Part shown: positions 12,028 through 25,600 of the stretch, one piece after another
Layout of the letters: the number at the start of each line of letters is the position of its first letter
Position numbering within the stretch: position 1 is the first letter of the stretch
Assembly (NCBI GenBank): GCA_004431415.1
Contig: QPMI01000679.1
Coordinates: 62,001-126,000 of the forward strand
Direction of reading: 5' to 3'
DNA length: 64,000 nt
DNA from: Cyanophora paradoxa CCMP329
Lineage: Eukaryota; Plantae; Glaucophyta
Translations under genes and position numbers: made by a program
The notes under the pieces: generated by a model
What the model was told of the DNA's origin: nothing
The model's input: the letters and a program-made list of their open reading frames with translations, nothing else
Database searches by the model: none

Positions 12028-15000
12028 ATGGACACACCCATGCAGCTCGGCAGCGTGGGCAAGAAGGACCTGCTCGACTGGGCGACCCTCATGGGCGGCC
12101 GGCCGGTGCGCCGCCTCCCGCACCGCTACTGCGCAGCTACGCGACGGGCTCATCGAGCGGCGGCGCGCAGGTGAACCGCGTGGAGGACCTGAAGGACGGG
12201 GTCGTCCTTGTCCGCATCCTCCTGCAGGTCTTCCCCCGCATCGCCCAGATGCGGAGGCTCAAGTTCAAGGTGCACGCGAGCGGCCGCGGCCGCTTCCAAG
12301 CGCGAAGGCGCGCGCTTAAGGCGAAGGCGCGGCAGGCGACCCCGCGCGGGGAGTGGGAGCGCCGCGAGAACTGGGAGTCAGTCGAGGCGGCGCTCGAGGA
12401 GCTGCGCGTCCCGCCCAAGCTCGTGGACGCCGAGGGCGTCCAGGCCGGGCGCTTCAAGGCCTGCTACTCGGCGCTCGTACTCACGTACTTCCTGTTCAAC
12501 TTGGCGCGGGACCCTGACTTCTCCGCGGACTTCATGCACCCCGTGGACGGCCGGCTCGCCGCCTTCTTGCAGAGCCCGCGCTCGCTGGAGTGCCTGGCGC
12601 GCGGGGGCGCCCTGGATGGGCCCGGGTCGTCCCGCGGGGGGAGCCCCAACCCCCTCGACGGGAGCTTCGCCAGCAGCGCGACGCACGCGGCGCACGGGGC
12701 GCCGCCGCCCGCGCCGCCGCTCCGCCCGCTCACCGATTACGACGGGCGGCCGGCGATGGCCCCCCCCGAGCCCATCGCGCCCCGGGCGCCGCCTCTCGAC
12801 GACGCCCTGTCCTTCGGGCCCTGGTCCGCCGCCGCGGGGCCGCCGCCGCCGCCGCCGCCGCCGCCGGGCGCCGCGGCACTCCGGACGCCCTCGCGGCGGC
12901 CCTCGCCGCCGGCGGGGGCCACTGGCTCTCGCCCGTGCGCACCCTCCGCGCCGCCGCGCCGCCGCCCGCCTTCGCATCCTCCACTGCCACCTCAGTCACC
13001 TCGGCCGCCCCGACCCGGCCCCGGGCCCCGCCCCGGCTCCGCCTTCGCCCCCAACACCTCCCGCTCCGCCCCCGCCCCGTTCGCCGCCGCCGCCGCCGCC
13101 GCCGCCCCCGCGCCCGCGCCGCACGCGGGGCAGGGCCCCGCCCCCGCTGGGGCGCCCCGTCGGGCCCCGGGCCCGCCCGGAGGCCCCGTGGGCGTTCAGC
13201 GAGCCCGCCCGGGGCGGCGCCCGCGGCCGCGCCGCCGGGCCCGACCCCTCCTCGCCGCTCCTGCGGGGCCGTGCGCGCTCGGCTGCGCCGGCGCGCTCGG
13301 CCCCGCGGCGCCCCGCCGCCGCGGCGGGCGGCGAGCGCCGAGCGGGCGCCGGCGTCGGTGGCGGCGCTGCAGGAGACCGTGCTCCGCCTTGAGGAGGAGC
13401 TGGGCGAGGCGCGGTACGAGCGGGACGCGGCGCGGCGGGCCGCCCGCTTCGCCGCGGAGCACGCGCGGGCCCAGGTCCGTGTGTCGGCGGCTGGGCGGGA
13501 GGCCTAGGGGGCGCCTTCCTTAGGACCGCATTTACGACCCCGGGAACAGGTGGAGGCGGCGGTGCGGGCGGAGCGCGAGGAGCGGGCGCGGCTGGAGGCC
13601 CAGCACGACTTCAACCTCCAGGTACCCCCCCCTAACCCCCCCCCCCCCCCCTTAAGCCGCTCCCATCCGCCCCTTGGATTGCTCCTAGATAGAATCTGAT
13701 CCGAGGCCGCCCCCCCCCCCCCCCCCCCTCCGTCCTCAGAACGAGCGAATCGCGTGGCACCACCGGCTGGCGGCCGAGCTCCGCGGACTCCACCGCGCCC
13801 TCCTCGCCGACGCCCTCCGCCCCCTCCCCGCCGGCGAGGCGGCGCTCTCGGAGCTCTCGTCGCCCCCGCGAGACGAAGCGGACGCCGAGGTGCGTAGTCA
13901 GCTAAAAAGATTATTTGAAGGACCTAAAGATCCTTCATTGGATAAGCTTTAGCCATCTAACGAACGCGAGCCGACCTGTACTGCTGCTGCAGGTGCGGGG
14001 CGTGATGCGGGCGAGGCGCGCGGCGCGCCAGTCGGAGGGGACGGCCGCCACCCTCAGCGACGACGAGGGCGGCGGGGGGCGGCCCGGAGGCGGCGGCCTG
14101 GGCCTCGGACTGGGACTGGGACTGGGCGGCGGGCCCGGGGCCGAGCTGGCAAACACCGTCCACCAGGCTCGCCCCTACCGCCTCCTAGGCCTCCTCCTCG
14201 CCTAGGCTACGCTCTTTCTTTCTCTCTGAACACCGCCGCCGCTACCGCCTCCTCCTCGTCTCCGCTCTTAACGCCCCCCCTCCCCCTCCTCCTCCTCCCC
14301 CTCCTCCTCCCCGCCTCTGTCTTCTCCTCTGAACTCTTCTCTTCTCTCTCTCGCGCAGCTGCAGACGCTGCACGGGCGCCAAGTGGACGCCCTCGAGCGC
14401 GCCAACGCCGCCCTCCGCTCCCAGGTGGATAAAAGGATGGAAGATGAAGAAGAAGCTTAAGGATTCTAACTCTCCTCTTAGGTGGAGGAGCTTCAGGGGC
14501 GGGTGGGCGAGGAGGCGCGCATGCGGGGCGGGCTGGCCGCCGAGGTCGCGGCCCGCGACGCCCGCCTCTACGCCCTCCTCGAGGGCGCCCCCGCCGCCTC
14601 CGGCCCGGTGCTTGACCTTTAAGCGAGAGAAAGATTGTCGTACCCCGCTCATTTGCTTGAGCTCGTCAGAACGCGGCGGACGGGGCGGCGGCGGCGGCGA
14701 CGGGGGACGCGTCGGCGCGCTACGCGCAGCTGACGCCGCTGGAGCGGCGCCTCGTGCTCGAGGTCCGGCGCCTCCGCTCCGCGGCCGAGGAGGAGCGCGA
14801 GAGCGGGCGCCGGCGCGCCGCCGCCGCCGCCGCCGCCGCTTCCGCCGCTTCCGCCGCCGAGCGGGACGCGCCCTCGGGCGAGCTGGGCGAGCCGGGCGCC
14901 GCCGCCGCCGCCGGCCCCGTGGACGACGCGGAGGCTGCGGAGCTGCTCGAGCGGCTCCGGCGTGGGCACGAGCGGCAGCAGGGCGGCGCGGGGCCCTGCG

Positions 15001-16798
15001 CCGCCTGCGGCGCGCAGGAGTGCGTGGCCGAGGCTGCCTCCAGCTTCGTGTGGCGCCTCGCGTGCCGCGAGGCGGCGCTGCGCGAGCGCGTCGAGCGGTC
15101 GGCGGCGCGGGCGGCGGCGGCCGTGCGCGAGGCGCGGGCGGCGCGCGGGGCGTACCTCGAGGCACGCTCCAAGAGCGAGGCGGCGGTCGCGTCGGCGCGG
15201 CGCGAGGCGCGCGAGGCGGTGGACCGGCTGCGGGAGGAGCACCTCCTCGAGGCGGCCGGGCGCCACGCGCGCATCGAGGCGGCCGAGGCGCGCGCGGCGT
15301 CGCTGGAGTCGGAGCTGCGGTCGGCGCGGGCCGACGCGGCGTGGCTAAGGGAGGCCGCCCTCGCTGCGGACGAGGCGCGGTTCTCGGCCCTTGCGGGGCG
15401 GGTACGGTCCCTGGGGGAGGAAGCGGCTCGTCTGAGGCTCCGGGACGAGGCCCACGGCCGCCTCGAGCAGGTCAGATCAGCTCAGATCTGATCTGATCTG
15501 AGCGTCCCTCTGATGATGTGCCTTGGCAGGTCCTGCGGCGGGCCCTGAACGCGGCGGAGGCGCTGCTGGCGATGGGGCCGGGCGGGGGCGGGCCGGACGC
15601 GGCGGCCCGCGGCGCGATCACGGCGCAGCGGCACGCGCTCCTGCAGGAGTCCGTCGCGATCACCCAGAAGCTGGAGGCGCTCGAGGGGCGGCGAGGTGGG
15701 ACCCGCGAGAGCGGCGGCGACGCCGGCAAGGACGGGGACGGGCCGGCCCCGAGCGAGGGCGCGCTGATCAAGGAGGCCGTCGCGGGGGCGCGGGCGGAGC
15801 TCTCGCGGGCCCTGGCGTCCGCCGAGCGGGCGCGGGAGCGGGAGCGGGACGCGCGGGAGGAGGCCGTGCAGATGCGCGCGGCGCTGCGGGAGGCGGAGGC
15901 GGCCGAGCGGGCCGCCCGCGACTCGGCCGACCGCAACGCCCGCCGCGCCGGTGCCTCCTACCGTCCTTCCTTCCTTCTTTTATTCTGAGCGGTCGCGCGC
16001 AGCGGAGGCGGAGGAGGCGCGGAGGGCGGCGGAGGAGCGCGCGGCGGCCGCCGAGTGGCCCGAGCCGGTGCGCCACGCCCGCCCCGCCCCGCGCCACGGA
16101 CGGGGCGCCCACCCACGGCGCCCCGCGCAGACGCTGGAATCGCTGCTAGAGGGGCGGCACCGGCCCCGGCCCGAGGAGGGGCGGCGCCACCGCTCCCGCG
16201 GTTCTCGCGGGACCGCCCCCGCCCCCGCCCCGGCCCGCCCCGCCCCGACGCCGGCGGCGCCTCTGCCTTCGACTCGCTCCCCTCGTCCGCCCTCAGCTCC
16301 CCGACCTTCGGTCCACAACAGCACCACCACCATCATAATTATCAGCAGCAGCAGCAGCAACAGCAGACGAGGGCGGCCCCGCCGCCGCTTCCCGCCGCCT
16401 CGTCTTCCCTTCCCCAGGCCTCCCCCCGGAGCGCCTTTCGGGCCGTAGCTGGGGCGCCGCCGCCGCCCCCGCCGCCACCGGCGGGGGCGAGGGGCGCGCC
16501 CGGCGCGGCCTCCCCCTTGCCCTTCCTCGACGAAGTCAAGGCTGCCGTCGAGTCCCGTCGCTCGCACGCGGACGCCGGGCGCCCCGCGCCGCCCTCCCCG
16601 ACCCGCCCGCGCACGCCCGGGCGCTACGGCACGACGAGCTCGCGCTCGCTGCTGCGGGCGGAGGCGGGGAGCCCGGGGGGCGCCAGCGAGGGCGGCCTCA
16701 GCGCGGCGGACGAGCTGGCCGAGCGCTTGAGCGCGCGCCGCCTGCGCGTCGCGCCGGGCTCCAGCGGCGAGGAGAGCGACGAGGAGGCCGGCCCATAG
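12028..16798 (+). CDS. Calponin-homology (EB1-like CH) domain protein with a Pro-rich linker and long coiled coil
   Basis: KKDLLDWA...VNRVEDLKDGVVLVRILLQVFP...ENWESVEAALEELRVP is a CH domain, followed by many E/A/R heptad-rich exons. Internal exon boundaries are approximate, with possible homopolymer errors. Confidence 0.75.
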
Positions 16799-17723
16799 CC
16801 TGCGTAGAAGCTGCTATAGATAGCGATGGTGATTGATTTATCGCGATCGATGTCGTGTTCAAACAAACTCGCCGACACATCTGAAATATAGATACCGACA
16901 GACTCTGATCATGAGAGCACACGAATAGAAGCCAACGCAGGGGTCGTCAGACTGAGATCTAGAGTGTGCCGAGTCTGCAGGGCACGACTGATATCGATAT
17001 CGAGCGCGAAACAAGTATCCTGCATTTGGGAAGACCGACGTGGAAATCCCGAAAAACAATAACACATAATAGAGAAGCCGAATCGCGATGTACGGTACAG
17101 CAATTAATGCATACACATGGAAAATGAGGGGGGCCAAGAGGTACACACTGTCACTGCAGCTGGTCACGCAACTATACACACAAGTTAAACTGGAATGTCT
17201 TTCTGTGCGAGTTTCCTACAGGCCTGCTCTTTCTCTGGTAACTTGACGAAGCTATGCTATAATATATATATAAACAAGATAATTACCAAGAGCAAAATGG
17301 AAGGAAGGTGTTATGTTCTGTTAAGCGTCTGCTGTTCAGAATAGGGGGCCCGCCGGACGTAGCGGACCCTAAAGCCACGTCTGACGGTCCATAACTGAAG
17401 GTCTATTTAAAAAGCACCAGGAACCGGAATCGATATCATACACTAGACAAAGGACAACGGAATGTACACTATATACCTAATACTTAGTTACAGTGCCGCG
17501 AGGCGGGGCTCACAGCAATAACACCCACTCGACAATTACTGGGCGCACGCCCGCCCGACCACCAGGAGGGGGGTAGGGGCGGGCCGGACGCAATGGAAAA
17601 CAGCGAAAAAAAAGGCGAAGCCAAGCCAGGCTCGTGCGAAGGAGGAGAAGCAGCGGGACGAGGAAGGGGGCCGCTTCTCGCCCCAGCGGCCGCCTAAGCG
17701 GCCGGCCGCTCACGCCGCTTCAT

Positions 17724-19222
17724 TCAGGAGGAGGCGGAGGGGGGGAAGGAGACGCTGGCGGGGGGTAGGGGGGCCCCGGCCCCGGCGTCGAGCATCTGGT
17801 CGACGTCCTTCCTCGAAACGAAGCGCCCGCTGATCCGCACCCGCCTGCGAAGAGATCGCCGACGTCAGCAGACGCACGCACGCACGTGCGCGAACGGTCT
17901 CTGAATCTAATCCGATCGGATCCGATCCGAGCCGATCCGTCGCGCCGCCTAGGGAAAGGGGGGAGGAAGGGGCGGGCGCACTTGGCAGCGGCCTCCTGGC
18001 GTACATTGTAGAGGACGCGGCGCTCGAAGCGGCGCCGGCTCCGCCTGCCCTCGGGTCAGATCTGATCTGATCTAATTTGATCCGATCTAATTTGTTGAAG
18101 GAGGTGCGTGCGGATTCTAATGATCTGATCCGAACGCTACTTTAGCTGGGCGCCAACGCACTTCTCGCGGTAGCGACGGAGTGCCTCCTCGCGGGACCAC
18201 GGCGTGCCGTCTGCGCGGCGGCCGCGTGAGTCAGTCAGGAGCCTAGGCGGGTGCGGATGCGGATCGGGGCGAGGCGAGCCGCACCCCGGTAGGCCGCGGC
18301 GGGCCGGCCGTCGGGGCCGCGCGGGGTGGGGTACGGGTACGCGCGGGGCGTGACCTGGGGGGACGGGACGCTGCAGGGCGAGGCGGAGGAGGAGGAGGAG
18401 GAGGAGGAGGAGGGGCCGCCGGCCGAAATCGGAGCAGCCGTCGGGGGCCCCTCTGGGATGCGGATCGGGGGCGGGAGCCCGGCAAAGCCGTGCCCCATCG
18501 TCGGGATCGCAGCCTGCGACCGGGCGGGCTCGCACGGGAGAAAAAAAAGGGGGGGGGGCGAGGAATGGACTGGTACGCACGCGGGGGCCCAGGGGCGTAC
18601 GCGGGACGCGGAGGGAGGGCACGGGCCAGCCGCAGGCTGCGAACGCGGCCGCCTGCGCCGTCCACTGGGGAACTATCGCTGCGGGGCGGCACGGTCAGGG
18701 AGGCCGGGCCGGTCGAATTTACGGCGGAGGGGGTGCGAACCGTCCGCGGTCTCGCGGGGCAGGGGGGGAGGCGTCGGGGAGCGGGAGGGGACGGGGGACA
18801 CCCCGAAGCCGCCCCGCGACGAGGCCGAGGAGGCGTTTGCCGTGGCGGCGCGCCAGGAGGCGATCGCGCGCGCGAACGAAGGTCCCAGGGCCCCGTTCCC
18901 GAAGAACGCGAGGTGCTCCTCGTAGCCCGCCAGGGGCCCGGTGTGCCCGTCCACGACCGTGATCCCGCCGTCCCCGGGCGGGCCCGTCGGACCGCCGAAC
19001 ATCTCCTCGGTCACCTCCGTCGGCACAAACGTTGGGACGGCGCCGTCGGCCCCGTACGCCTGCGGCGCGGTCGGGTCAGCGCGGAAGCCGCCGCGCTTAA
19101 CGCGCGGTTGGCGCCGGCACCTGGCCGAACGCTAGGGCAAGGAGGTACTCGCTGCGCAGAGAGCTCTCCGCCATCCGGGAGCTCTCCATCGCCTCCGCCT
19201 TCACGTGCGCTGACGCGGCCAT
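17724..19222 (-). CDS. CCT (CONSTANS/CO-like/TOC1) domain protein
   Basis: Three small exons splice via GT-AG introns to SREEALRRYREKRSRRRFERRVLYNVRQEAAAKRVRISGRFVSRK, the CCT consensus. In-frame ATGs at 19222 and 19189; stop at 17724. Confidence 0.85.
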
Positions 19223-19825
19223 CTCTGTCGGCGCTGTCGCTGAGATCGGACGGCGCAGAGCCTGCTGCAGTTCGACAATAAAGCCCCGCTGAACGCCACG
19301 GATGGGATGGGAATGCGATGCCTTTTGCTTTTCTACAGAAAGTATGGAACCGCCTTAGTAGGGCGAGCTGAAAGTTCTCAGATCTCCCTGCAGCTGTATG
19401 CGCGTGCTGCTGTCAGCCTGCTGATCGCTTTGCTGCTCCTGATGAAAGATCTGCTTAGACACGAACTGAATTCGAAGCGAGCTCAGAAACACCATGCAGC
19501 TCCCTGTTAACCAACTCTACTATAGGATCCGGTGCGAAGTTTTCTCAGGGGGGTACGACTCGCTTGGGGTAAACTCGGCCCCGGCCGTCCGGGTATGGAG
19601 CCGAGAGACGTACGTGCGTTGCAGACTGCACCCTCACTGCAGCGCGCCCTGCGCAGACTGATCATCGGATGTCGCCCTTCGATGTAGATGTCGCCCTGCA
19701 TTTGCAGACAATTTGAATTTGGGGGTACAATCTGAACGGTGCCGGCGAGAGCGTACCCTTGGCACGTGCCAGCCGCGGCGGCCGCACCGGCGCACGACGG
19801 CGTAGATCAGGGAGTGCGGCCGCAC

Positions 19826-21695
19826 ATGGATGACATGTGTGACATCGATGACATGGACGTCGGCGAGGGCGGGAGCGCCGGCGCTCAATTGCTCGACCTT
19901 CCGGTGCGTATGCTGGCTCGCTGCTGCGGAGAGGTTGCTCTTGGGCGCCTCGTGCGGCGTCCGATGACCCGCAACGCGCAGGATGAGCTGCTCCTCCACA
20001 TCCTTCGTTTCGCTTCGGCTAAGGAGCTGCGGGCGCTCTCCGCGGTCTGCCGAGGCACGCGAGAACTCGCCAACAGCGATTACGTGTGGGCGCATCTGCT
20101 TCAGGTCCGCCTGCGGCCTTCCGCTCTCTCTTCCGTCGGTCACCCTCTCTTCAGCGGGATTTCGGCCTCGGCGGCGCCGCCGCCGCCTGCAGCTGCCCTC
20201 GCCGCCTCTACGCAAGCATAAACTTGGCGCTTCGTGAGGCGGACGCGGCGGGACGGCACGCGCGGGCGACGATCGATTTCGACCCGAAGGCGCTTGACTA
20301 CGAGGTGCGCGCTTCCGCGTCCGCGTTGCTCCGCTCTGCTCATCACTCAGTCTTCTTCGCCGCAGCGCACGCGCTCCCCCTTCCTGCGCGTGGCCGGCCT
20401 GTGGGCCGACGGAGGCTGCGACGGGGGCGAGCTGCACCGCTACTCGCCGTTCCACGTCTTCGAGGCTTCGGGCGACTCGTACTGCTCGGAGGCGTCCCAC
20501 AACGTGCACATCGCGGGCGAGTTCGACGACGACCCGGCGCAGCGGGGGCTGGACGACGGCAGCCCCGAGCTGTCGTTCCGCGAGTTCGCGCTCACGCGCA
20601 TGCGCCACATCTTCCCCATCTTCGACGGCGCGATCTCGGCGGCCATCAGCACGGATCAAATTCTTCAGATCTGGTCGGACCCGCCGCCCGCGCCCCCTGC
20701 GCGCCCCGCCCCTCGCTCACCGACCGCGCGGCCGCCGCAGGTCCGACGTGTGGGGCTCTAACCTGCGCGCCTCGCTGCTCCAGGGACCCGAGCGCGACGA
20801 GGGATCATCGGCCCACGTCGCCCTCCTGCAGCGTGCCGACCGCCTGACCCGCGCCTACCGCGCGTTCCGCCACGCGCGACGCGAGTGCGCCGGCCCCGCC
20901 TCCGCCTCCGCCCCCGCCCCCGCCCCTAACCGCACTGTTCTTCGCTTTCTCAGCCGCGTCGAATGTCGCCGGATGGACCCTTCGTCGCCCCTGCTCCTCG
21001 CCTGCTCCCGTACCTTCGCGCACCGGGCGGCCGTCGCCGCCTCCGGGCCGCCCACCGTCGCGCTTCTCCGCTCCATCGTACTCCGGTGCGCGTTTTCCTC
21101 GCTGCCTCGAACCGCGCCGGCGCCCGCCGCCCGTCTCGTCTCACGCCGCGCCGCGCCGCGCAGGCGCCCGCCCGCGTTCACCTGCCCCGTCCGCACCGGC
21201 GTGATCTTCCTCTCATGTACCCCCCTCTCCGTCGAGCCCGCGGGGCGCGGCCCCGCCCCGCGGCCCGCCTGGCCCGCCGTCTCCGCCTTCGACGGAGTCG
21301 TGGATGCGGCCGCGGTCTCCGCGCGCCGCGGGGCCCGCGGGGCGGCCCTCCCGCCGCCCCGCCGCACCGGCTCCAGCGGCTCGTGCGCGTGGGTCGAGTT
21401 CGAGCGGCCGGCGGAGCCCCCCGCGGGCCCCTTCCCCGTCGTCTGGTTCCAGTTCCGCGACCACGGCCCCGGGGTACGCCTCCTCGAGGAGGGGGCGGAG
21501 GAGGTCGACGCGGCGACTGTACCCCTGGAGCAGGTCTTCTGCGGGCGGCACGTCCTCGTGAAGCTCATCGACGCGGAGGACCGCATGGCGGCGATGGGCG
21601 ACGACGGCCCCTCCACGAACCTCGACCTCAATGCCTGCCTCTTCCGCGGCGCCGCCCTGCGGCTGTACCCCGACGGCTCCTTCGCGTGCGCCTGA
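19826..21695 (+). CDS. F-box protein
   Basis: LLDLP|DELLLHILRFASAKELRALSAVCRGTRELANSDYVW is an F-box. The C-terminal exon ends ...VLVKLIDAEDRM...FACA* at 21695. Confidence 0.85.
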
Positions 21696-22658
21696 ACGTT
21701 CTCCTCTCCCCAGGAGGTTGAGCCTAATCGCTTTCTTTCTTTCTCCTCATTGCTTTCTTTCCCGGCTGTACCATAGTCAGTAAGTCCTTGAGAGTGCCCG
21801 CTTTCGGACCCACCTCTGTAAACTACGCGTGCGATCGTAGATACTCGAATCCACCCGCTCAGCTCACTTCCTGCTATTTCCGTTAGCTCCCTACAGACTT
21901 GTCGTTTCGATCCTCGGTCCGTGACCGCTCTCAGCCCTGTAGCTTTGATCCATTTCGTGGTTTTTCTGCGTATCGTGCAAGATCTGTATACATCTTGAAC
22001 GCTAGCAGGCGTGCTTAGAGTTGAACTCGCTCAGGAACTGCAGCTTCAATTCGCTTGGATTTTCAGACACAGACCTACCGCAGAGGCCCGCGCACGCGCA
22101 GTGTAATTGTACCACTACGATTCCCCTCAGAATTTCATTGCAAGTGCAGAGACTCTGAGAACTTAGCCTAGTTGACTTCGATTTTCGTCACGGCGTGCAC
22201 TTAGTACGTGTATCCGCAGTATTACAGTTCCGTGCACTGCGGCACTCGGGCCGGCAGCCGCATTCAATTGCAATTGGAACGACTCATATGCATGGTCATG
22301 ATGCAGTACTAGCTATATAGCTATAGCTCGTCTGCACTGACTCTGCAGCCTGCAGCTGGCAGGTCGACGTCGACGTCGCAAGTGGCCATGCATATGGCTT
22401 GCCAATTGCAAGCTTAAGTTACAATTGCGCGCGCATGGGCGTGCATATGACATACAAACGAGCCATAGGATACCATACATCTCTACATGAAGATACCAAA
22501 ATACTGCAACATGTACTTATCGACTGCAACATGTACATGTACATATCGCGACTGCACTGCGAAAGGACGAAACTGAGAAACCTACGTACCCCTAAGGACT
22601 GAGCGAGCGGCGAGCGAGCGAAAAACAACAGAGCGCATGGAGGGGGGTACAGGGTCCA

Positions 22659-25600
22659 TCAGGGGGAGGAGGCGGCCGGGTCGGATCCGGAGGAGGGGGA
22701 AGAGGCGTCGGGGTCGGCGGAGACGCGGCGGTGGCCGCCGAACCAGCGGCGGAAGAGGCCCGGCGGGGCCGCGCGCGGCGCCGGCGCCAGGCCCGCCGTC
22801 GGGGGCGAGGCCCCCGCGCCCGTACCCAGGCGCTGGAGGGCCTCCCCGATGACGCGTACCCGGGGGCAATCCGGGGGGAAGAAGTGGGCGAGGCGGGGCC
22901 CCGAGTAGAGCGCGAGGGCGCGGCGGTACGCCTCGACTGCCGCCGACACCAAGAGAATCAGTACTCGGGATCGGGATTCGACGGTCTTTCTAATCATAAT
23001 CATCCACGTAACGCTCGCACGCGCGCACCGGCCTTGCGGGGCTTGCCGACGCGGTCGAGGAGGCCGGCGAGCTGGAACTGGGCGTGCGCCAGCATCGGAG
23101 TCTCCCCCGCCCTGCGCGGGGGCGCGCCCGGGTCAAGGCGGGGGCGGGGGCGGGGGCGGGGGCGGCGGGCGGGCAGGCTTAGGGCAGATGGCGGTCTAGT
23201 CCCCTCAAGGTCAAGGCGGGGGCGACAGGCAGGTCAAGGTCAAAATCTAGGCGAGGGCGGGCGGCGGGCAGACAAGCTTCGTCTAGCCCCCTTCACTTCT
23301 GATCATCATCATCATCATCGTCGGACACGCAAACAGACACACACACAGACACGAACCTGTCCACCTTGGAGATCAGCGTGGACACCACCGAGATGCCCGT
23401 GATGAAGTGCCGCGCGGAAACCTGCGGGAGCGAGGGCGGGCAGGACTCCTGTGAGGCGAGGGAGGGCGGCGCGCTCGCTCTCTCGGCGCTGCATCGGCGC
23501 AGAGGACAGGAGGCCGCATGGGCAAGAGGCAGCACTAGAAGGCAGATCGAGAGCAGACTGCAGAAGAGCAGAATGGTCTTAATTTCGGGCGGGCCGGGCC
23601 GGGACAGGCGCACGGCGCGGCCAAACTATGAGTTAGGATGAAGTATCCAACTAGTCTAGTGTCTTAGAGTCTAGTATGAGGCCAACTAACTACTAACTGG
23701 ACGCACGGCGCGGCCGATGCCGTAGAGGAAGGGCGCGACGAGGTCGAGCTATTAATATATTGATATTAAGCTTCTAGCTAGAAGAGCTTCAGCTTATGAT
23801 TAGGATGGAGATTCTAGCTAGAAGCTTAATCTTAATAATCCTAAGTTCGGCCGGGCGGGCCGGACGCACGGCGCGGCCGACGCCGTACAGGAACGGGGCG
23901 GCGAGGTCCATCTCGGGGGCGGCGGGGTCGCCCAGGCGCACGAACTCGCCCGCGGCCCGCGTCCAGTAGCTCCGGAAGCTCGCCACGTTCCCTGCGCGGA
24001 GATAGATGGAGGGTCGGATTAGATCAGATAGAGTAGATAAGATAGATACATTAGATTAGATAGATAGAAAGATAGATAGTTCTCCCTCGGTGAATCCCTC
24101 AGCAAGCAGCTAGCTAGCAAGCTTGCAGTTTCAATGTTCTTGTCATATCTCTCCTCTCGCATAAAGCTTCTTCGAGAACTCGCTCACCGCGGAAGGCGGC
24201 GACCATGCCGGGGTACAGCAGCTCGCGCGCGTAGAGATGCCGCAGCTCCGGCCCGCACTCCCCGAGCGCGCGGAGGGAGCGGTCGCAGCACGAGACCGCC
24301 GCGCCGAAGTCCCGCGCCCATACCCGGTGGATCGCTGCGGGGGGCGGGTTTGGGAAGGAAGGGGGGGGGATGCGGCGGGGGTACCCGTGATGTAGTCGAT
24401 GCGGGAGCGAACGAAGGCGGACTCCTCCCGGGGGAGGTCGTCCAGGAGGTACACCTTTTCAGCCACCGCCGCCGCCGTCGAGACCTGGTACTGACCGTCT
24501 GTACCCCCCCGTGTCAGAAAAGAAGTGGGGGGGGAGCGAAGGGGGGGTATCGCACGCACAGAGAAGGATGGCGAGATCCAAAACGACAGAGAGCTCGAGG
24601 GGGGAGGGAACCATCCCGCGGCGCCGCAGCTCGCCCCACGCCTGTACCCTGCGCGGTCAGCGGGGAGCGGCGCCGGTGCACGGGGGGGGAGGAGGGGGGC
24701 TACACTCGCCTCGAAATACGAAGCGATCGCCTCGTCCCTTCGATCGAACTGCGAAGGGGGGGGGGGGGTCGCCCGTTCGGAATCCTTCGGTGTAGGGAGA
24801 GGAGGGAGCAGGGGGGGGGTACCAGCTGGAGGAGGAGGGCGGTGAGGCAGAGGGCCTTCGCGTGCACGGGCCGAGGCCCGCCCCGGAAGGGGAGAGCGAG
24901 CTCTTTAGCCCTCAGCAGAATCTGAGCGAAGGCGCGGAGGCGCTCGTTAGGGAGAACGGCGTGGGAGGAGGGGGGGGTACGGTGCGCGCCCGCTCGGCGG
25001 TGGGCCAGGAGAGGGGGTACAGGTCGTGCGCCACGCGGTGCAGGTCGGACGTGAAGGCCTGCGGGTACGCGTCGGCCCTGGAGAACAAACGGCGTACCCC
25101 CCTCGTGAATAACCGCGTACCCGGACGAAGGCGGCGAATCGGTCGAGGGCGAGCTCGGCCGAGTCGGGGGACCAGCCCGCCCCCGCAAAATCCTCGTCGT
25201 ACCCCGGGCCCGGCGGGGGTAGAGGCGCGAGTAGGGATTCGGCCAAGGCGTCCGGTACCCGCCTCGCCTGCCGCGGGCCCGTCGGAAAAAGTCGGGAGGG
25301 GGCGAGGGCGGGCGAGCGGGGTAGAGGGGTTCACCAGACGCGCGCCGGCGTCGCCCGAGGCGCGGAGGGCGGATAGGAACGCGCGCAGGCGGCCGCGGCC
25401 GCGCATCGTGCGGAAGAGGGGGGCGTCCAGGAGCCCCGGGTCGACAAGGGCCCTGAACAGGCGGAGCTGGAGCTCGGGGAGGGTCGCCGGCTCCGCCCCG
25501 CTCCGCTCCAGCGCCAGGCGGAGCGCGGAGGCCGAGGACTCGGCCCACGCCTCCAGCATTTCTAGCTCCCGCTCGGGCCGCGGTCGCGGCGGGGGCGGCT

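Noticed and set aside
21700-22030. Stop-free lower-GC minus-strand frame (possible retroelement scrap)
   Set aside because: No start codon and no RT, endonuclease or integrase motif.
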